51,237 nucleotides of DNA from Gemmatimonadales bacterium (GCA_039794085.1 JBDIWC010000031.1:1-51237); one strand, 5' to 3'; counted from the stretch's first letter, positions 8,606-21,591 are shown. Numbers and translations: made by a program. Notes: generated by a model from the sequence alone, not told the origin.

Positions 8606-9934
8606 ATGCACCTGAAGGCGTTTCTGTTGGTGGGTCTGGACTCCGCAACCAATGGGGGTCGTCGTTACCACGTGTGGATGGGAGCGCTCACCCTGATCAT
8701 GCTGATCGGCGGGTACGCCTATGCGGTGCAGCTCCGGGACGGACTCGGGGTCACCGGCATGAGCGATCATGTCAGCTGGGGTTTCTACATCGCCAATTTC
8801 ACGTTCCTGGTGGGACTGGCCGCGGCTGCGATGATGCTGGTCCTGCCGGCGTATGTGCTCAAGGATGTGGATTTCGCCAAGGCCGTTCTGATGGCGGAGG
8901 CGGTGGCCGTCGCGGCGATCGTGATGTGCCTCCTCTTCGTGGTGGTGGACATCGGCAATCCGCTCGCGAGCTGGCACCTGATGCCGTTCGTCGGCACCCT
9001 CAACTGGCCTCGCTCCCTGCTCGCGTGGGACGTGGTCGTGCTGAACGGCTATCTCGTGCTGAATCTGGGAATTCCGTTCTACATCCTGTACAGCCGGTTC
9101 GCCGGTCGCCAGCCCGACAAGCGGAAGTACCTGCCCTGGATCTACCTCGCCGTGGTCTGGGCCGTCAGCATCCACCTGGTGACGGCGTTTCTGCTGGCCG
9201 GATTGCCCGCCCGCCCGTTCTGGAACACCGCGCTGCTCGGTCCCCGCTTTCTCGCATCCGCCTTCACGGCCGGTCCGGCCTTCGTGATCGTGTTGCTCTG
9301 GTTCATTCGGAGCCAGACCGCCTACGAGATCGCCGAGGGGGCGTTCACGAAGCTCGCGCTCATTGTCACGGTGGCGGCGCAGATCAACCTGATCATGCTT
9401 CTCTCCGAGCTGTTCTACAAGTTTTACGCGCCGACCCACCATGGGATCAATGCACGGTATCTCTTCCTCGGGCTCGACGAGCACAACGCCCTTGTCCCGT
9501 GGATATGGGTCTCCGTGGGTCTCAATGTGCTGGCCACGGTCGCCTTGTCCATCCATCCGGTGCGTCGCAACATCCGGGCGTTGATCCCCCTGTGTGTGGT
9601 GTTGTTCGGGGCCGTCTGGATCGAGAAGGGGATCGGACTGGTGATCCCGGGATTCGTGCCCTCTCCCCTGGGCGAGATCGTCGAATACGTTCCGAGCGCG
9701 ATCGAACTGGCCGTGGCGGCCGGGATCTGGGCCCTGGGGCTCTTTGTTCTCACGGTGCTGGTCCGGGTCGCCCTGCCCATCGAGCTGGGCCTGGTCCGCA
9801 GCCCGCATCTCCTCCCTCCAGGGCCGGCCCGTGCGGGACGGTCCCCGGGGGACGCCCGCCCGGACGAGCGGGTGATCCGTCCGCGCAGTGCCCCCGAGAG
9901 CGGTCCGCGCGGGCGACCGGTTCGGTATCGCTGA
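8606..9934 (+). CDS. NrfD/PsrC/DsrP family membrane subunit
   Basis: TGMSDHVSWGFYIANFTFLVGLAA, DIGNP, many TM helices; follows the NrfC-like gene. Confidence 0.9.
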   Translation: MHLKAFLLVGLDSATNGGRRYHVWMGALTLIMLIGGYAYAVQLRDGLGVTGMSDHVSWGFYIANFTFLVGLAAAAMMLVLPAYVLKDVDFAKAVLMAEAVAVAAIVMCLLFVVVDIGNPLASWHLMPFVGTLNWPRSLLAWDVVVLNGYLVLNLGIPFYILYSRFAGRQPDKRKYLPWIYLAVVWAVSIHLVTAFLLAGLPARPFWNTALLGPRFLASAFTAGPAFVIVLLWFIRSQTAYEIAEGAFTKLALIVTVAAQINLIMLLSELFYKFYAPTHHGINARYLFLGLDEHNALVPWIWVSVGLNVLATVALSIHPVRRNIRALIPLCVVLFGAVWIEKGIGLVIPGFVPSPLGEIVEYVPSAIELAVAAGIWALGLFVLTVLVRVALPIELGLVRSPHLLPPGPARAGRSPGDARPDERVIRPRSAPESGPRGRPVRYR

Positions 9935-9987
9935 CGCACCCTGTCCGTGCCGGCTCCGTGCCGGCCACACTTTGAGGAGGCAGATCC

Positions 9988-10938
9988 ATGTCCAGACACA
10001 TGCCAAACGACACACGGTATTCGTTCGCCGCGGTGGTCGCGGGGCTCAGCGCGGCGATCCTTCTGGGTGCCATCCTGGTTGCCGTGGGGTTGCCTCTGAT
10101 CGTGGCGGGGGCGGCGGGCGTGGCGCTCGGGTTGTTTCTCGCCGCGTCCATCAAGTACACCGATCAGTGGGAGCGGGCCGTTCTGCTGCGCTTGGGGAGA
10201 TATCGCGGGCTCCGAGGCCCCGGGTACTTCACGGTCGTCCCTATCCTCGATCGGGTCAGCGACCACATCGACCAGCGGATCCGGACCACGGCCTTCGGGG
10301 CCGAATCGTGCCTCACGCGGGACACGGTGCCCGTCAACGTCGACGCCATCGCCTTCTGGATCGTGTACGACGCCGAGCGAGCCGCTCTGGAGGTGCAGGA
10401 CTACGATGAGGCCGTCATCCTGTCGGCTCAGACGGCGTTGCGGGATGCCATCGGCAAGCATGACCTGGCCGAGTTGATCCAGTCCCGGGTCGAACTGGGG
10501 CACGGGCTGCGGGACGCGCTCGAGCGGAAGATGGAGAACTGGGGCATCCGGGTGCAGTCGGTCGAAATCCGCGACGTGATCATTCCCCCCGCCCTCGAGG
10601 ATGCGATGTCACGCCAGGCCCAGGCCGAACGGGAACGGCAGGCCCGCATCATTCTGGGAACGGCCGAAACCGAGATCGCCTCCAAGTTCGTCGAGGCGGC
10701 GAACAGCTATCGGCACAACCCCGTGGCGATGAACCTGCGCGCGATGAACATGCTCTATGAGAGCATCGTGAAGCGCGGATCGCTGATGGTGGTGCCCTCG
10801 GGTCTGGCCGATTCCCTCAACCTCCCCGGCATGGTGGGGATGCTCGGCGCCAGGGGCATGGTGCCCCACGCGGGTGAGTTGGCGGATGGTGAGAGCGCCA
10901 CGGACGAGGATGGCACAGCTCTGCCCTCACGCGACTGA
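9988..10938 (+). CDS. SPFH/band-7 (stomatin-like) protein
   Basis: WERAVLLRLGRY...GPG, LTRDTVPVNVDA, AQTALRDAIG, AMSRQAQAERERQA. Confidence 0.9.
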   Translation: MSRHMPNDTRYSFAAVVAGLSAAILLGAILVAVGLPLIVAGAAGVALGLFLAASIKYTDQWERAVLLRLGRYRGLRGPGYFTVVPILDRVSDHIDQRIRTTAFGAESCLTRDTVPVNVDAIAFWIVYDAERAALEVQDYDEAVILSAQTALRDAIGKHDLAELIQSRVELGHGLRDALERKMENWGIRVQSVEIRDVIIPPALEDAMSRQAQAERERQARIILGTAETEIASKFVEAANSYRHNPVAMNLRAMNMLYESIVKRGSLMVVPSGLADSLNLPGMVGMLGARGMVPHAGELADGESATDEDGTALPSRD

Positions 10939-10996
10939 GGGCCGGACCGGTCGCACAATGGGCCTGCCTGGGCGAACGGGCGCGGCCCTGCGGTCG

Positions 10997-11518
10997 TCAA
11001 GCGCGTCGAGAGGTCCCTTCGTTCTCTGGGGCGCCGGTTCCAAGGGGCTTGGACATGAGGAGAAAGAGCGCGGGCTGGAGGAGTTTGCCAGGTTCGGAAA
11101 AGGGGGCGGTGCCGGTGATCCGGTAGCCCAGGGCCTCGTAGAACGGGGGAAGTTCGGTGCGGAGGTCGACCACGCGGATCTCCATCGTGATGCACCCCCG
11201 TCCTCGTGCGAGGTCTTCCGCCGCGCCGATGAGCCTCCGTCCGACACCCCGTCCCTGCCGGTCCGGAGCGATGGCGAGCATGCCAAAGTACCCGTGGGTT
11301 CCCTCGACCCGGACCACTACCGTCCCCACGATGTCTTCACCCCGCGGGTGGGTGGCCGTGGCGACGAGAATCGTGGTCCCCTCCTCGGTCAGGTCACGGG
11401 CGCACTCCTCCTCGGTGATCCGGGGCCCGGTGACGAAGAACCGCTCGACTCGAAAGGCCGCGTTGATCAGGCGAGCGATCGCGGGCACGTCACCGGGCGT
11501 GGCAGGGCGAACGATCAT
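10997..11518 (-). CDS. GNAT family N-acetyltransferase
   Basis: LAIAPDRQGRGVGRRL acetyl-CoA motif; FYEALGY. Confidence 0.9.
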   Translation of the reverse strand: MIVRPATPGDVPAIARLINAAFRVERFFVTGPRITEEECARDLTEEGTTILVATATHPRGEDIVGTVVVRVEGTHGYFGMLAIAPDRQGRGVGRRLIGAAEDLARGRGCITMEIRVVDLRTELPPFYEALGYRITGTAPFSEPGKLLQPALFLLMSKPLGTGAPENEGTSRRA

Positions 11519-11572
11519 GTGCCTTCCTCAACGGCCTGATGAACAACGAATGATGAAAAACAATGGGTACAT

Positions 11573-11597
11573 GGATTCCCGCTTTCGCGGGAATGAC
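11573..11597. repeat. REP-like palindrome GGATTCCCGCTTTCGCGGGAATGAC
   Basis: ATTCCCGC/GCGGGAAT hairpin; same architecture as the GTCA-hairpin-TCCA repeats at 43687 and 49152. Confidence 0.7.
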
Positions 11598-11697
11598 GGC
11601 CCCCCGGGGATACGACGCCCCATTCGCCATTCCCCATTTCCTGCCGCCTGCTACACATACATCATTCTCCATCTTCCAAGGCGGCCCACGGGCCGCC

Positions 11698-14055
<2,358 letters not shown>

Positions 14056-14059
<4 letters not shown>

Positions 14060-15201
14060 GGGGTCCCGGTCCTCGGACAGACCCGTCCATCTTCCACGCT
14101 CAGCACCGGCAGATTCAGCCCGGGAGGCAGTTCATCGGCCCGGGGGGCGGTGATGAAGATCTGTCGCCCCTCGGTCCGCTGTTCCAGTCGCGCGGCCAGC
14201 CGGCGCTGCCGCTCCCCGTCCAGCTCGGCGAAGATGTCGTCGAGCAGCAGGGCCGGGTCCTGCTGGCGATCGTGTGCGAGGGTCTCGAGCTCGCACAGCT
14301 TCAAGGCGATCGCCGCCGACCGATGCTGGCCCCGCGATCCGAAATCGCGGAACGACCGCCGGTCTCCCAGGAGAAGGAGGAGGTCGTCGCGATGGGGCCC
14401 TGTCATGGTCGCGCGACGGGCCAGATCCCGGGGGAGAGACCGGGCGAGTGCGGCGGGCCATGCTTCCCGGTGAGCCAGTTCGTCCGTCCCCCGATATTCC
14501 ATCGCGACTGACATCCGTTCTCCCAGCGCACCGCACTCGTCCGCGAACCGGGCCTGGATGGAGTCGATCCAAGCCAGCCGTCTCGCCACAAGCGGGGCCC
14601 CGTGGTCCGCCAGGGCCCCGTCAAAGGCACAGGCCACCTCTCGCTGGCCGGCCCGGAGTGCGGCGTTTCGCTGGGCCAGCGCCACCCGGTACCGCGCCAG
14701 GGTCCGCAGATACGACGGGTCGGCCAGTGCGAGGACCCGGTCGAGATACTGGCGACGTCCGGCGGCGGCTCCCTGCACCAGCCCCAGGTCAGCCGGGACA
14801 AATGCGACCGCCAGCCACTGCCCGATGGCGTCGCGCTGCCGCTCGCACGGAACGCCGTCCCTCGCGATGCGCTTGCGACGGGCCGCCCGCTGGAACGTCG
14901 CGGTGAAGACCGCTTCCCTCGGGGTCTCCCTCTCCCCGGGAGCGGACGGGGACTCATCGTTTTCCACAGTGAGCGACAGGTGGAAGCCCTCTCCCGGACC
15001 GTCCTCCGTGTTCCACCGGACCAGATCGGTGTCGGGCGCTCCCCGGAAGGACCGATACAGCACCGGGTAGTAGAGCGCCTCCAGAAGGTTGGTCTTGCCA
15101 TGGCCGTTGGGCCCGAGGAACACCGCCCCCGGACCCGGGAGAGAGAGGTCGAGATCGACCAGATTTCGGAACCCTCGCGCCACGATCCGGATCGCCCGCA
15201 T
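14056..15201 (-). CDS. recF: DNA replication and repair protein RecF
   Basis: GFRNL, Walker A GPNGHGKTNLLEAL, GPHRDDL, GSRGQHR, LLLDDIFAELD. Confidence 0.95.
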
Positions 15202-15254
15202 CCCCGGAAAAATAGCCGGATCAGGGGGGGAATGGCAGTCTCGGATGTCGGCGG

Positions 15255-16037
15255 TCACACGCCCCGGAACCGGGCCGTTCGCTTCTCCAGAAAGGCGGTC
15301 ATTCCCTCCCGCATGTCCTCGGTGGCGGAGAGGAGTCCGAAGAGGTTGGCTTCCTGTCTCAGGGCGGTTTCCCGGTCCACCTCGGTGCTGGAATCAACCA
15401 GTTCGAGGCAGGCGGCCACCGCCAGGGGTCCGTTGGCGAGAATCTCCCGCAGCAGGCGCATGGCTTCGGTGAGGAGTTGTTCCGCGGGCACCACCCGGTT
15501 CACCAGTCCGATCCGGAAGGCTTCGGCCGCGTCGATGGGGGCGCCGGTGAGGAGCAGCTCCAAGGCCCGCCCGGTGCCGACCAGCCGCGGGAGGCGAACT
15601 GTACCGCCATACCCGGGGCCGATGCCGAGCTTCACTTCCGGTTGGCCGAACCGGGCCGAGTCGGAGGCGACGCGCAGGTGGCACGCCATCGCGAGTTCGC
15701 ACCCGCCCCCGAGGGCAAATCCGTTGACTGCGGCGATGACCGGCTTGCCGGCCTGTTCCCAGCTCCGGAACACCCTCTGTCCGGCGAGCGACCGGGCCTT
15801 TCCTTCCAGCGGGGTCTGACTGGCCAGTTCCTCGATGTCCGCCCCCGCGACGAAGGCCCGGGTACCCGCCCCAGTCAGAATGGCGCCCTGGATCGCGGGA
15901 TCGGTGGTGATGCGCTCGGCGGCGAGTCCCAGCTCGCGGATGACCGCCCCGTTGAGGGCGTTGAGCTTGTCGGGACGATTGACGGTGACGGTCGCGATGC
16001 CGTCGGCGACTTCGAAAAGGAGGGTCTCGTAGGACAT
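15255..16037 (-). CDS. Enoyl-CoA hydratase/crotonase
   Basis: AFVAGADI, PVIAAVNGFALGGGCELAMAC, GQPEVKLGI. Confidence 0.95.
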   Translation of the reverse strand: MSYETLLFEVADGIATVTVNRPDKLNALNGAVIRELGLAAERITTDPAIQGAILTGAGTRAFVAGADIEELASQTPLEGKARSLAGQRVFRSWEQAGKPVIAAVNGFALGGGCELAMACHLRVASDSARFGQPEVKLGIGPGYGGTVRLPRLVGTGRALELLLTGAPIDAAEAFRIGLVNRVVPAEQLLTEAMRLLREILANGPLAVAACLELVDSSTEVDRETALRQEANLFGLLSATEDMREGMTAFLEKRTARFRGV

Positions 16038-16234
16038 GGGGGACCAGGTTGGATGAGGAAGGAACGGACGGGGGAAGATACACTCGGTGTAGGGGGTAGG
16101 GAGTCGGGAGTCGGGGGTAGGGAAGAATGTCGGCGGTAGGCGGTTGGTGGTGGGCTGTAGGGAGGGGCCGGGGGTAGGGCTTCACACTTCCACCTCCGAA
16201 CTTCAACCTTCGTTCCATGGATTACCTTGCAGGG

Positions 16235-17272
16235 ATGGAATTTCCCGAACCCGTGGCCTGGGCAGCGGACGACGCCATCCGGATTCTGGACCAGACCGAC
16301 CTTCCAGGCCGTGAAACGTATCGCACCCTGGAAACGGTGGCCGATGTGGTGGAGGCCATCCGCCAGCTGCGGATCCGCGGGGCGCCGCTCATCGGCGTGG
16401 CGGCCGCGATGGGGATGGTCGTGGCTCTCCGGAGCGCCGGCAGGGGAAACGGCCACGCGGAGCTGATCGAGGCGGGACACCAGCTCAAGGCCTCCCGCCC
16501 CACCGCGGTGAACCTGGCGTGGGCCGTGGACCGGATGCTGGAGGTCGCGGGGCGCGTGCCGTCTGGGGACGCGCTGCGGGACGTGGTGCGGCGCGAGGCC
16601 GAGCGGATTCTGGAGGAGGAGCGGGAGAGTTGTGACCGGATCGGGGAGGCGGGCCTGTCGCTCATTCCGGACGGAGCCACGGTCATGACGATCTGCAACG
16701 CGGGGGTGCTGGCCACGGGAGGGATCGGAACGGCCACGGCGCCGATCTATCGCGCCCATGCCGCGGGACGTCGACCCACGGTGCTGGTGCCGGAGACCCG
16801 CCCCCTGCTGCAGGGCGCCCGGCTCACGGCGTGGGAACTGAGCCGGGCCGGGGTGGCGGTGATCCTCCTGCCGGATGGCGCGATCGCCTCGCGATTGAGA
16901 CAGGGGGACGTCTCCCGCATCTTCACCGGGGCGGACCGGATCGCGCGGAACGGCGATGTGGCCAACAAGGTGGGGACGCTGGGTCTGGCGCTGGCGGCCC
17001 GGCATGCCGGCGTCCCTCTCTATGTGGCGGCTCCGGGCTCCACGTTCGATCCGCTCTGTGCGGAGGGAACCGCGATACCGATTGAGATGCGGGGACCGGA
17101 GGAGGTGCGCGCCGTCGGGGGAGTGGCCACCTCGCCGTCCGGAGTGCCGGTCTGGAATCCCGCCTTTGATGTGACGCCCGCGGAGTTCGTTGCCGGGTAC
17201 CTCACGCCCTCCGGCCTGCTCCACCGGGGTGACCTTGAGGGCTTCTTCAACGCGAGGAGACCCACGCCATGA
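16235..17272 (+). CDS. mtnA: S-methyl-5-thioribose-1-phosphate isomerase (start 16217 or 16235)
   Basis: LDQTDLP, IRGAPLIG, RPTAVNL, TICNAGVLAT, ETRPLLQGARLTAWEL, ANKVGT, NPAFDVTP. Confidence 0.95.
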   Translation: MEFPEPVAWAADDAIRILDQTDLPGRETYRTLETVADVVEAIRQLRIRGAPLIGVAAAMGMVVALRSAGRGNGHAELIEAGHQLKASRPTAVNLAWAVDRMLEVAGRVPSGDALRDVVRREAERILEEERESCDRIGEAGLSLIPDGATVMTICNAGVLATGGIGTATAPIYRAHAAGRRPTVLVPETRPLLQGARLTAWELSRAGVAVILLPDGAIASRLRQGDVSRIFTGADRIARNGDVANKVGTLGLALAARHAGVPLYVAAPGSTFDPLCAEGTAIPIEMRGPEEVRAVGGVATSPSGVPVWNPAFDVTPAEFVAGYLTPSGLLHRGDLEGFFNARRPTP

Positions 17273-18762
17273 GCTGCATCCTGGCACTCGACCAGGGAAC
17301 CACCGGAAGCACCGCCCTGGTGCTGGACCAGGACGGGACGGTGCTGGGCCGAGGGTACCGGGAGGTGCCGCAGTCCTTCCCCGAGCCGGGGTGGGTCGAA
17401 CACGATCCCGAGGCGTTGTTCACCACGGTGTGTGAGGCGGCCCGGGACGCCATGACAGCAGCCGGGGCTCGCCCCGCCGCCGTGGGGATCACGAATCAGC
17501 GGGAGACGGTCGTGTTGTGGGAAAGGGATACGCTCCGGCCGGTGGCACCCGCCATCGTCTGGCAGGATCGCCGCACCGCGGAGCGCTGCCGGGCGCTGCG
17601 GAGCGACGGGAGCGCGGACGGGATCCGGCGCCGGACCGGGCTCATGGTCGATCCCTACTTCAGCGCCACCAAGATTGAGTGGCTGCTCCGGGGCCCGGGG
17701 CTCCTCCGCCGGGCGGCACGAGGGGAACTGGCCGTCGGGACGGTCGACGCCTGGCTCGTGGCGAAGCTCACCAACGGCACGGTGCACGTGACCGATCACA
17801 CCAATGCCTCGCGCACCATGCTCTACCGGCTCGACCGGAAGGAGTGGGATCCGGAACTGCTTTCGCTCTTTGGCGTTCCGGCGGAGCTCCTCCCCCGGGT
17901 GGTGCCGTCCTCCGGGGTGGTGGGAGAGGCGGCCTCGGAACATCTGGGCCATGCGATACCGATCGCGGGGCTGGTGGGAGACCAACAAGGTGCCATGGTG
18001 GGGCAGGGGTGTGTCACGAAGGGATCGGCCAAGAACACGTACGGCACCGGGGCCTTTCTGCTGGTCCATGCCGGCGACGCCCTGCCCCGGCCCGGGGAGG
18101 GTCTCCTGGCCACCGTTGTGTGTGATTCGCAGGGCCGGCCTTCGTATGGTCTGGAGGGGAGTCTCTTCATCGCCGGGGCCGCGGTGCAGTGGCTGCGCGA
18201 CGGACTCGGGATCATCCAGACCGCGGCGGAAACCGATGCCCTGGCTCGGAGCGTACCGGATTCAGGAGGAGTTGCCTTTGTCCCCGCCTTCGTGGGGCTT
18301 GGATCTCCTCACTGGGAACCGGAGGCCCGGGGCACCATCACCGGTCTCACGCGGGGAACCACCCGGGCGCATGTCGCCCGGGCGACGCTCGAGTCGATGG
18401 CATTTGGCAGCCGGGACCTCTTGCACGCCATGACCGGGCGGGGGAAGCAGCTTCGGCCCACGGCGTTTCGGGTGGATGGGGGGGCGTCGGCCAACGACTG
18501 GCTGATGCAGTTCCAGGCCGACATCCTCGATCTCGTGGTGGAGCGGCCGGCCAACATCGAGACCACGGCGGTCGGGGCAGGGGTGCTGGCCGGCCTGGCG
18601 GTAGGCCTCTGGCCCTCGGTCGAGGAGTTTGCCCGGGACGTCCCGCTCGATCGGTTCGAGCCCCGGATGGAGCCCGCGGAGCGGGAACGCCGCCTGGCCG
18701 AGTGGCACCGGGCAGTCGAGGCGGCGCTGGCGTGGGCTCGAGGAGGGGAGCGGGGTGTGTGA
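17269..18762 (+). CDS. glpK: Glycerol kinase (FGGY family)
   Basis: LDQGTTGS, GITNQRET, IVWQDRRT, DPYFSATK, GDQQ, KNTYGTG, VDGGASAND. Confidence 0.9.
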   Translation: MSCILALDQGTTGSTALVLDQDGTVLGRGYREVPQSFPEPGWVEHDPEALFTTVCEAARDAMTAAGARPAAVGITNQRETVVLWERDTLRPVAPAIVWQDRRTAERCRALRSDGSADGIRRRTGLMVDPYFSATKIEWLLRGPGLLRRAARGELAVGTVDAWLVAKLTNGTVHVTDHTNASRTMLYRLDRKEWDPELLSLFGVPAELLPRVVPSSGVVGEAASEHLGHAIPIAGLVGDQQGAMVGQGCVTKGSAKNTYGTGAFLLVHAGDALPRPGEGLLATVVCDSQGRPSYGLEGSLFIAGAAVQWLRDGLGIIQTAAETDALARSVPDSGGVAFVPAFVGLGSPHWEPEARGTITGLTRGTTRAHVARATLESMAFGSRDLLHAMTGRGKQLRPTAFRVDGGASANDWLMQFQADILDLVVERPANIETTAVGAGVLAGLAVGLWPSVEEFARDVPLDRFEPRMEPAERERRLAEWHRAVEAALAWARGGERGV

Positions 18763-18851
18763 TTGACCTGGCGTCGAACGTCTCAGTCTACGTAGGTATC
18801 GCAGAGAGATGTGTCGGGCTGTTGCCAATCACCCGGAACCGGAGGCGTCAG

Positions 18852-19257
18852 ATGCGTTTATGGACCATTTCCACCACAATTCTGCTGGGGGTGTCCGCCT
18901 GCTCGACCAACAGGACTTCGGTCGCGGCGGCCCCGGCGCCTTCGGGAGGATCTCCGTGCGGGTCGAGCATCGCGTGCACTCCAGGCGGCGAGGCCGGGGC
19001 CGCCGCAGCGTGCCCGGGTCCGTGGCTCGCGACCGTTGACAACAACGGCCCGGACGACGCCGAGGCCTACATCTGGCGGGGGGGGAAAGGTTCTTCTCGG
19101 GATCGTCCCGCCGGGAACCACTCGGGAGTACCTGACCACCGAGCGTAGCGTCCTGGCCGGTAGTGCGTCCGGGGGATCAACCTACCGCAGAAGCGGTCGA
19201 ACCGGAGTGACCAACAAGAACATCGTGATCAAGGTCACCTGCGCGGACAAGGCATGA
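18852..19257 (+). pseudogene. Small lipoprotein gene with an apparent extra base in a G8 tract
   Basis: GGAGG RBS, signal ending LLGVSAC; removing one G at 19078-19085 gives a continuous 134-aa ORF ending KVTCADKA. Confidence 0.6.
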
Positions 19258-19347
19258 CCGCCGCTTCGTGACCGTGTAAGTTTCCGGCTCATCCTTTGTC
19301 TTCGTCCCTCCTCGTCCGAGGAGGGACGGGGCCACCAGGGAGTGCCG

Positions 19348-20130
19348 ATGAACGAGAACCCGGGAGCCCGGGGCCAGGAATGCCCCCAGTGCCACGCGAC
19401 GGGGCAGGGCCACTTCTGTACCTCATGTGGAACAGCTCTTGCCGGGGGAGCCTCCTGCCGAGCGTGTGGGGCGACCATGCCGCCGGGCATGCGTTTCTGC
19501 GGCATTTGCGGCGTCCCCGCCCACGGGGGACCGGGAGTCGCTCCAGCCGTCCCCGGCTCGTCCCCGGGCTGGTATCTCGCCGGGACCGCCTTGGTGGTGG
19601 TGGCGGTGGCCTTCGTTCTGGTGCTGCGGTCACAGGGTGGTCCGCCCCCTCCGGCGGCGGCCCCTGGTGCGACCCCGGCGGCGGCTCCCCCCCCCCTCCC
19701 CGACCTGAGTACGATGACGCCGCGGGAACGCTTCGACCGGCTGTATGAACGGGTCATGACGGCGTCGCAGACCGGGGACCAGGCCACGGTGACCACGTTC
19801 ACACCGATGGCGCTCGGGGCCTACGCCCAGTTGGACACCATCGATGCGGATGCGCGTTATCACCTCTCCATGCTGGAACTCCACCAGGGAGGGGTGGAGG
19901 TGGCGCGAGCCCAGGCCGACACCATCCTCCGGACGGACCCGGGGCACCTCCTGGGCTACGTCGTGGCCGCCGCGGTGGCACGGTGGACACAGAACGACGC
20001 GGAACTCGCGCGGATCTACCGCGACTTCCTGTCCCGGTACGACGCGGAGATCGCGGTGGGGCGGCCGGGATACGTGGAACATGCGGCCATGCTGGCGGAT
20101 GTGAAGCGGACCGCCGAGGAGAACCGGTGA
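19348..20130 (+). CDS. Double zinc-ribbon / TM / helical-repeat protein (paralogue 1)
   Basis: CPQC, CTSCG, CRACG, FCGICG; one TM helix; C-terminal helical domain shared with 26833..27627. Confidence 0.8.
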   Translation: MNENPGARGQECPQCHATGQGHFCTSCGTALAGGASCRACGATMPPGMRFCGICGVPAHGGPGVAPAVPGSSPGWYLAGTALVVVAVAFVLVLRSQGGPPPPAAAPGATPAAAPPPLPDLSTMTPRERFDRLYERVMTASQTGDQATVTTFTPMALGAYAQLDTIDADARYHLSMLELHQGGVEVARAQADTILRTDPGHLLGYVVAAAVARWTQNDAELARIYRDFLSRYDAEIAVGRPGYVEHAAMLADVKRTAEENR

Positions 20131-21591
20131 TTACCTCCTCGGAATGTTGGTCCCATGGCACGCCACGCACATTTCCGGGTTCTTGCGCCGCAGCCGTTCG
20201 GGATCGAAGCCGGGTCCGTGGGGATTGAACCGGCGCCCACCCAGGGCCGAATGGCAGGTCAGGCAGTCCCGTTCCACATGGCACCCCACGCAGGTTTCGA
20301 GTGACTGCCGAGCGGCCTGTCCGTGACCGGCGATGAAGAACCTCTTCCCGTCGTGATAGCTTGCCGTTCCGAGAGCCCCGGTGGCCACCAGGCCCGCCTG
20401 CCGATGACACGACGCACAGAACTGCCCGGTGTTGTGGCAATCGGCGCAGGTGGACTCCCGCTGATAGGCCTGGATCGGATGCCGCGTCAGGTAATCCGAT
20501 GGGTGGAAACCGGCCTGCCGGGTGGCATCGGGACGGTGGCACGACAGGCAGTCGTTGCGCACGTGACAGGTGAGGCAGGTGGTGGGTGACGCCGTGGCGA
20601 GAGGTCCGTGGCCCTCCACCCACCGCTCCCCGTGCGTTACGGGTCGCAGCCGCTCGGTCTGAGCGCCCTCCGCCCGTCCGGGGCCGGCCTTATGCTGGGA
20701 CTGGACGGCGGCGACGGCCGGGGGCACATGGCAGGTCAGGCAACTCTGCTGCGTGTGACAGGTGGCACAGGACGTGGGAGTTCGAGCAGCCTCACGGCCG
20801 TGGCGCTCCACCCATGTGGATCGACCGTGAGAGGCGGGAGCTTCCAGCGTGGCCTCGATGGCAAGCGACCGGGGATCCGGGGCGAGGGCCTGGATGGTTG
20901 GCTGCTCGGGCGCGTCCACGTGACAGTTGAGGCAGAAGTTCTGCGCGTGACAGGTGGCACAGCTGGCGCTCACACCGTTCTCTCCGCCGGCGTGCGAGGC
21001 GAGGTCGCCATGGCTCCGGGCGCCGCGGAGCAGGAAGGAAGGCTCCGCGTGGCTCGGCGGAGCGGCGAATCCCGCGATGCGCTCCTCGGTCAGCGTGGGG
21101 GCATTGGCCAGGGGAAGGTGACAGTTTGCGCAGGCGCTGTCCGGGGCCGCCAGGTGTTCCCCCGTGATGGTGTGGCAATCGAGGCACTGAGCCGAGATCG
21201 TGCGCCGCACGGTCATCGGGACCGAGTCGGTGGGCGTGTGACAGTTGGTGCAGGAGGTCACCGCCACCCGATTGGCGGGAGGGGTGACCTGGGCGTCGCG
21301 GTGGACCGCGTGCTCGAACCGGAGGTTCGTCGGGGGTGGTGTGTCTCGCGGCCGCCAGTCCACCGAGTCCTGCACCGTTCCATCATGACAGGAGGCGCAC
21401 CCCTCGGCCGAGGGCCAGATCGACTGTCCGGTTTCTGCGGCGCCCAGGTGGCAGGTGGTGCAGGTGGGGAACAGCTCGGCGTGCTTCCGGTGGTCGAAGG
21501 TGTCCCCGGAACGTACACTCCACCCCCACGCGGTGCCGACTGCGAGGACGAGCAGGGGTGGGAGCACCCGGACGACCGATCGGCGGCTCAT
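20131..21591 (-). CDS. 16-heme periplasmic cytochrome c
   Basis: 16 CxxCH motifs counted, including five closely spaced CxxCH-x4/5-CxxCH pairs; signal peptide. Confidence 0.9.
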   Translation of the reverse strand: MSRRSVVRVLPPLLVLAVGTAWGWSVRSGDTFDHRKHAELFPTCTTCHLGAAETGQSIWPSAEGCASCHDGTVQDSVDWRPRDTPPPTNLRFEHAVHRDAQVTPPANRVAVTSCTNCHTPTDSVPMTVRRTISAQCLDCHTITGEHLAAPDSACANCHLPLANAPTLTEERIAGFAAPPSHAEPSFLLRGARSHGDLASHAGGENGVSASCATCHAQNFCLNCHVDAPEQPTIQALAPDPRSLAIEATLEAPASHGRSTWVERHGREAARTPTSCATCHTQQSCLTCHVPPAVAAVQSQHKAGPGRAEGAQTERLRPVTHGERWVEGHGPLATASPTTCLTCHVRNDCLSCHRPDATRQAGFHPSDYLTRHPIQAYQRESTCADCHNTGQFCASCHRQAGLVATGALGTASYHDGKRFFIAGHGQAARQSLETCVGCHVERDCLTCHSALGGRRFNPHGPGFDPERLRRKNPEMCVACHGTNIPRR

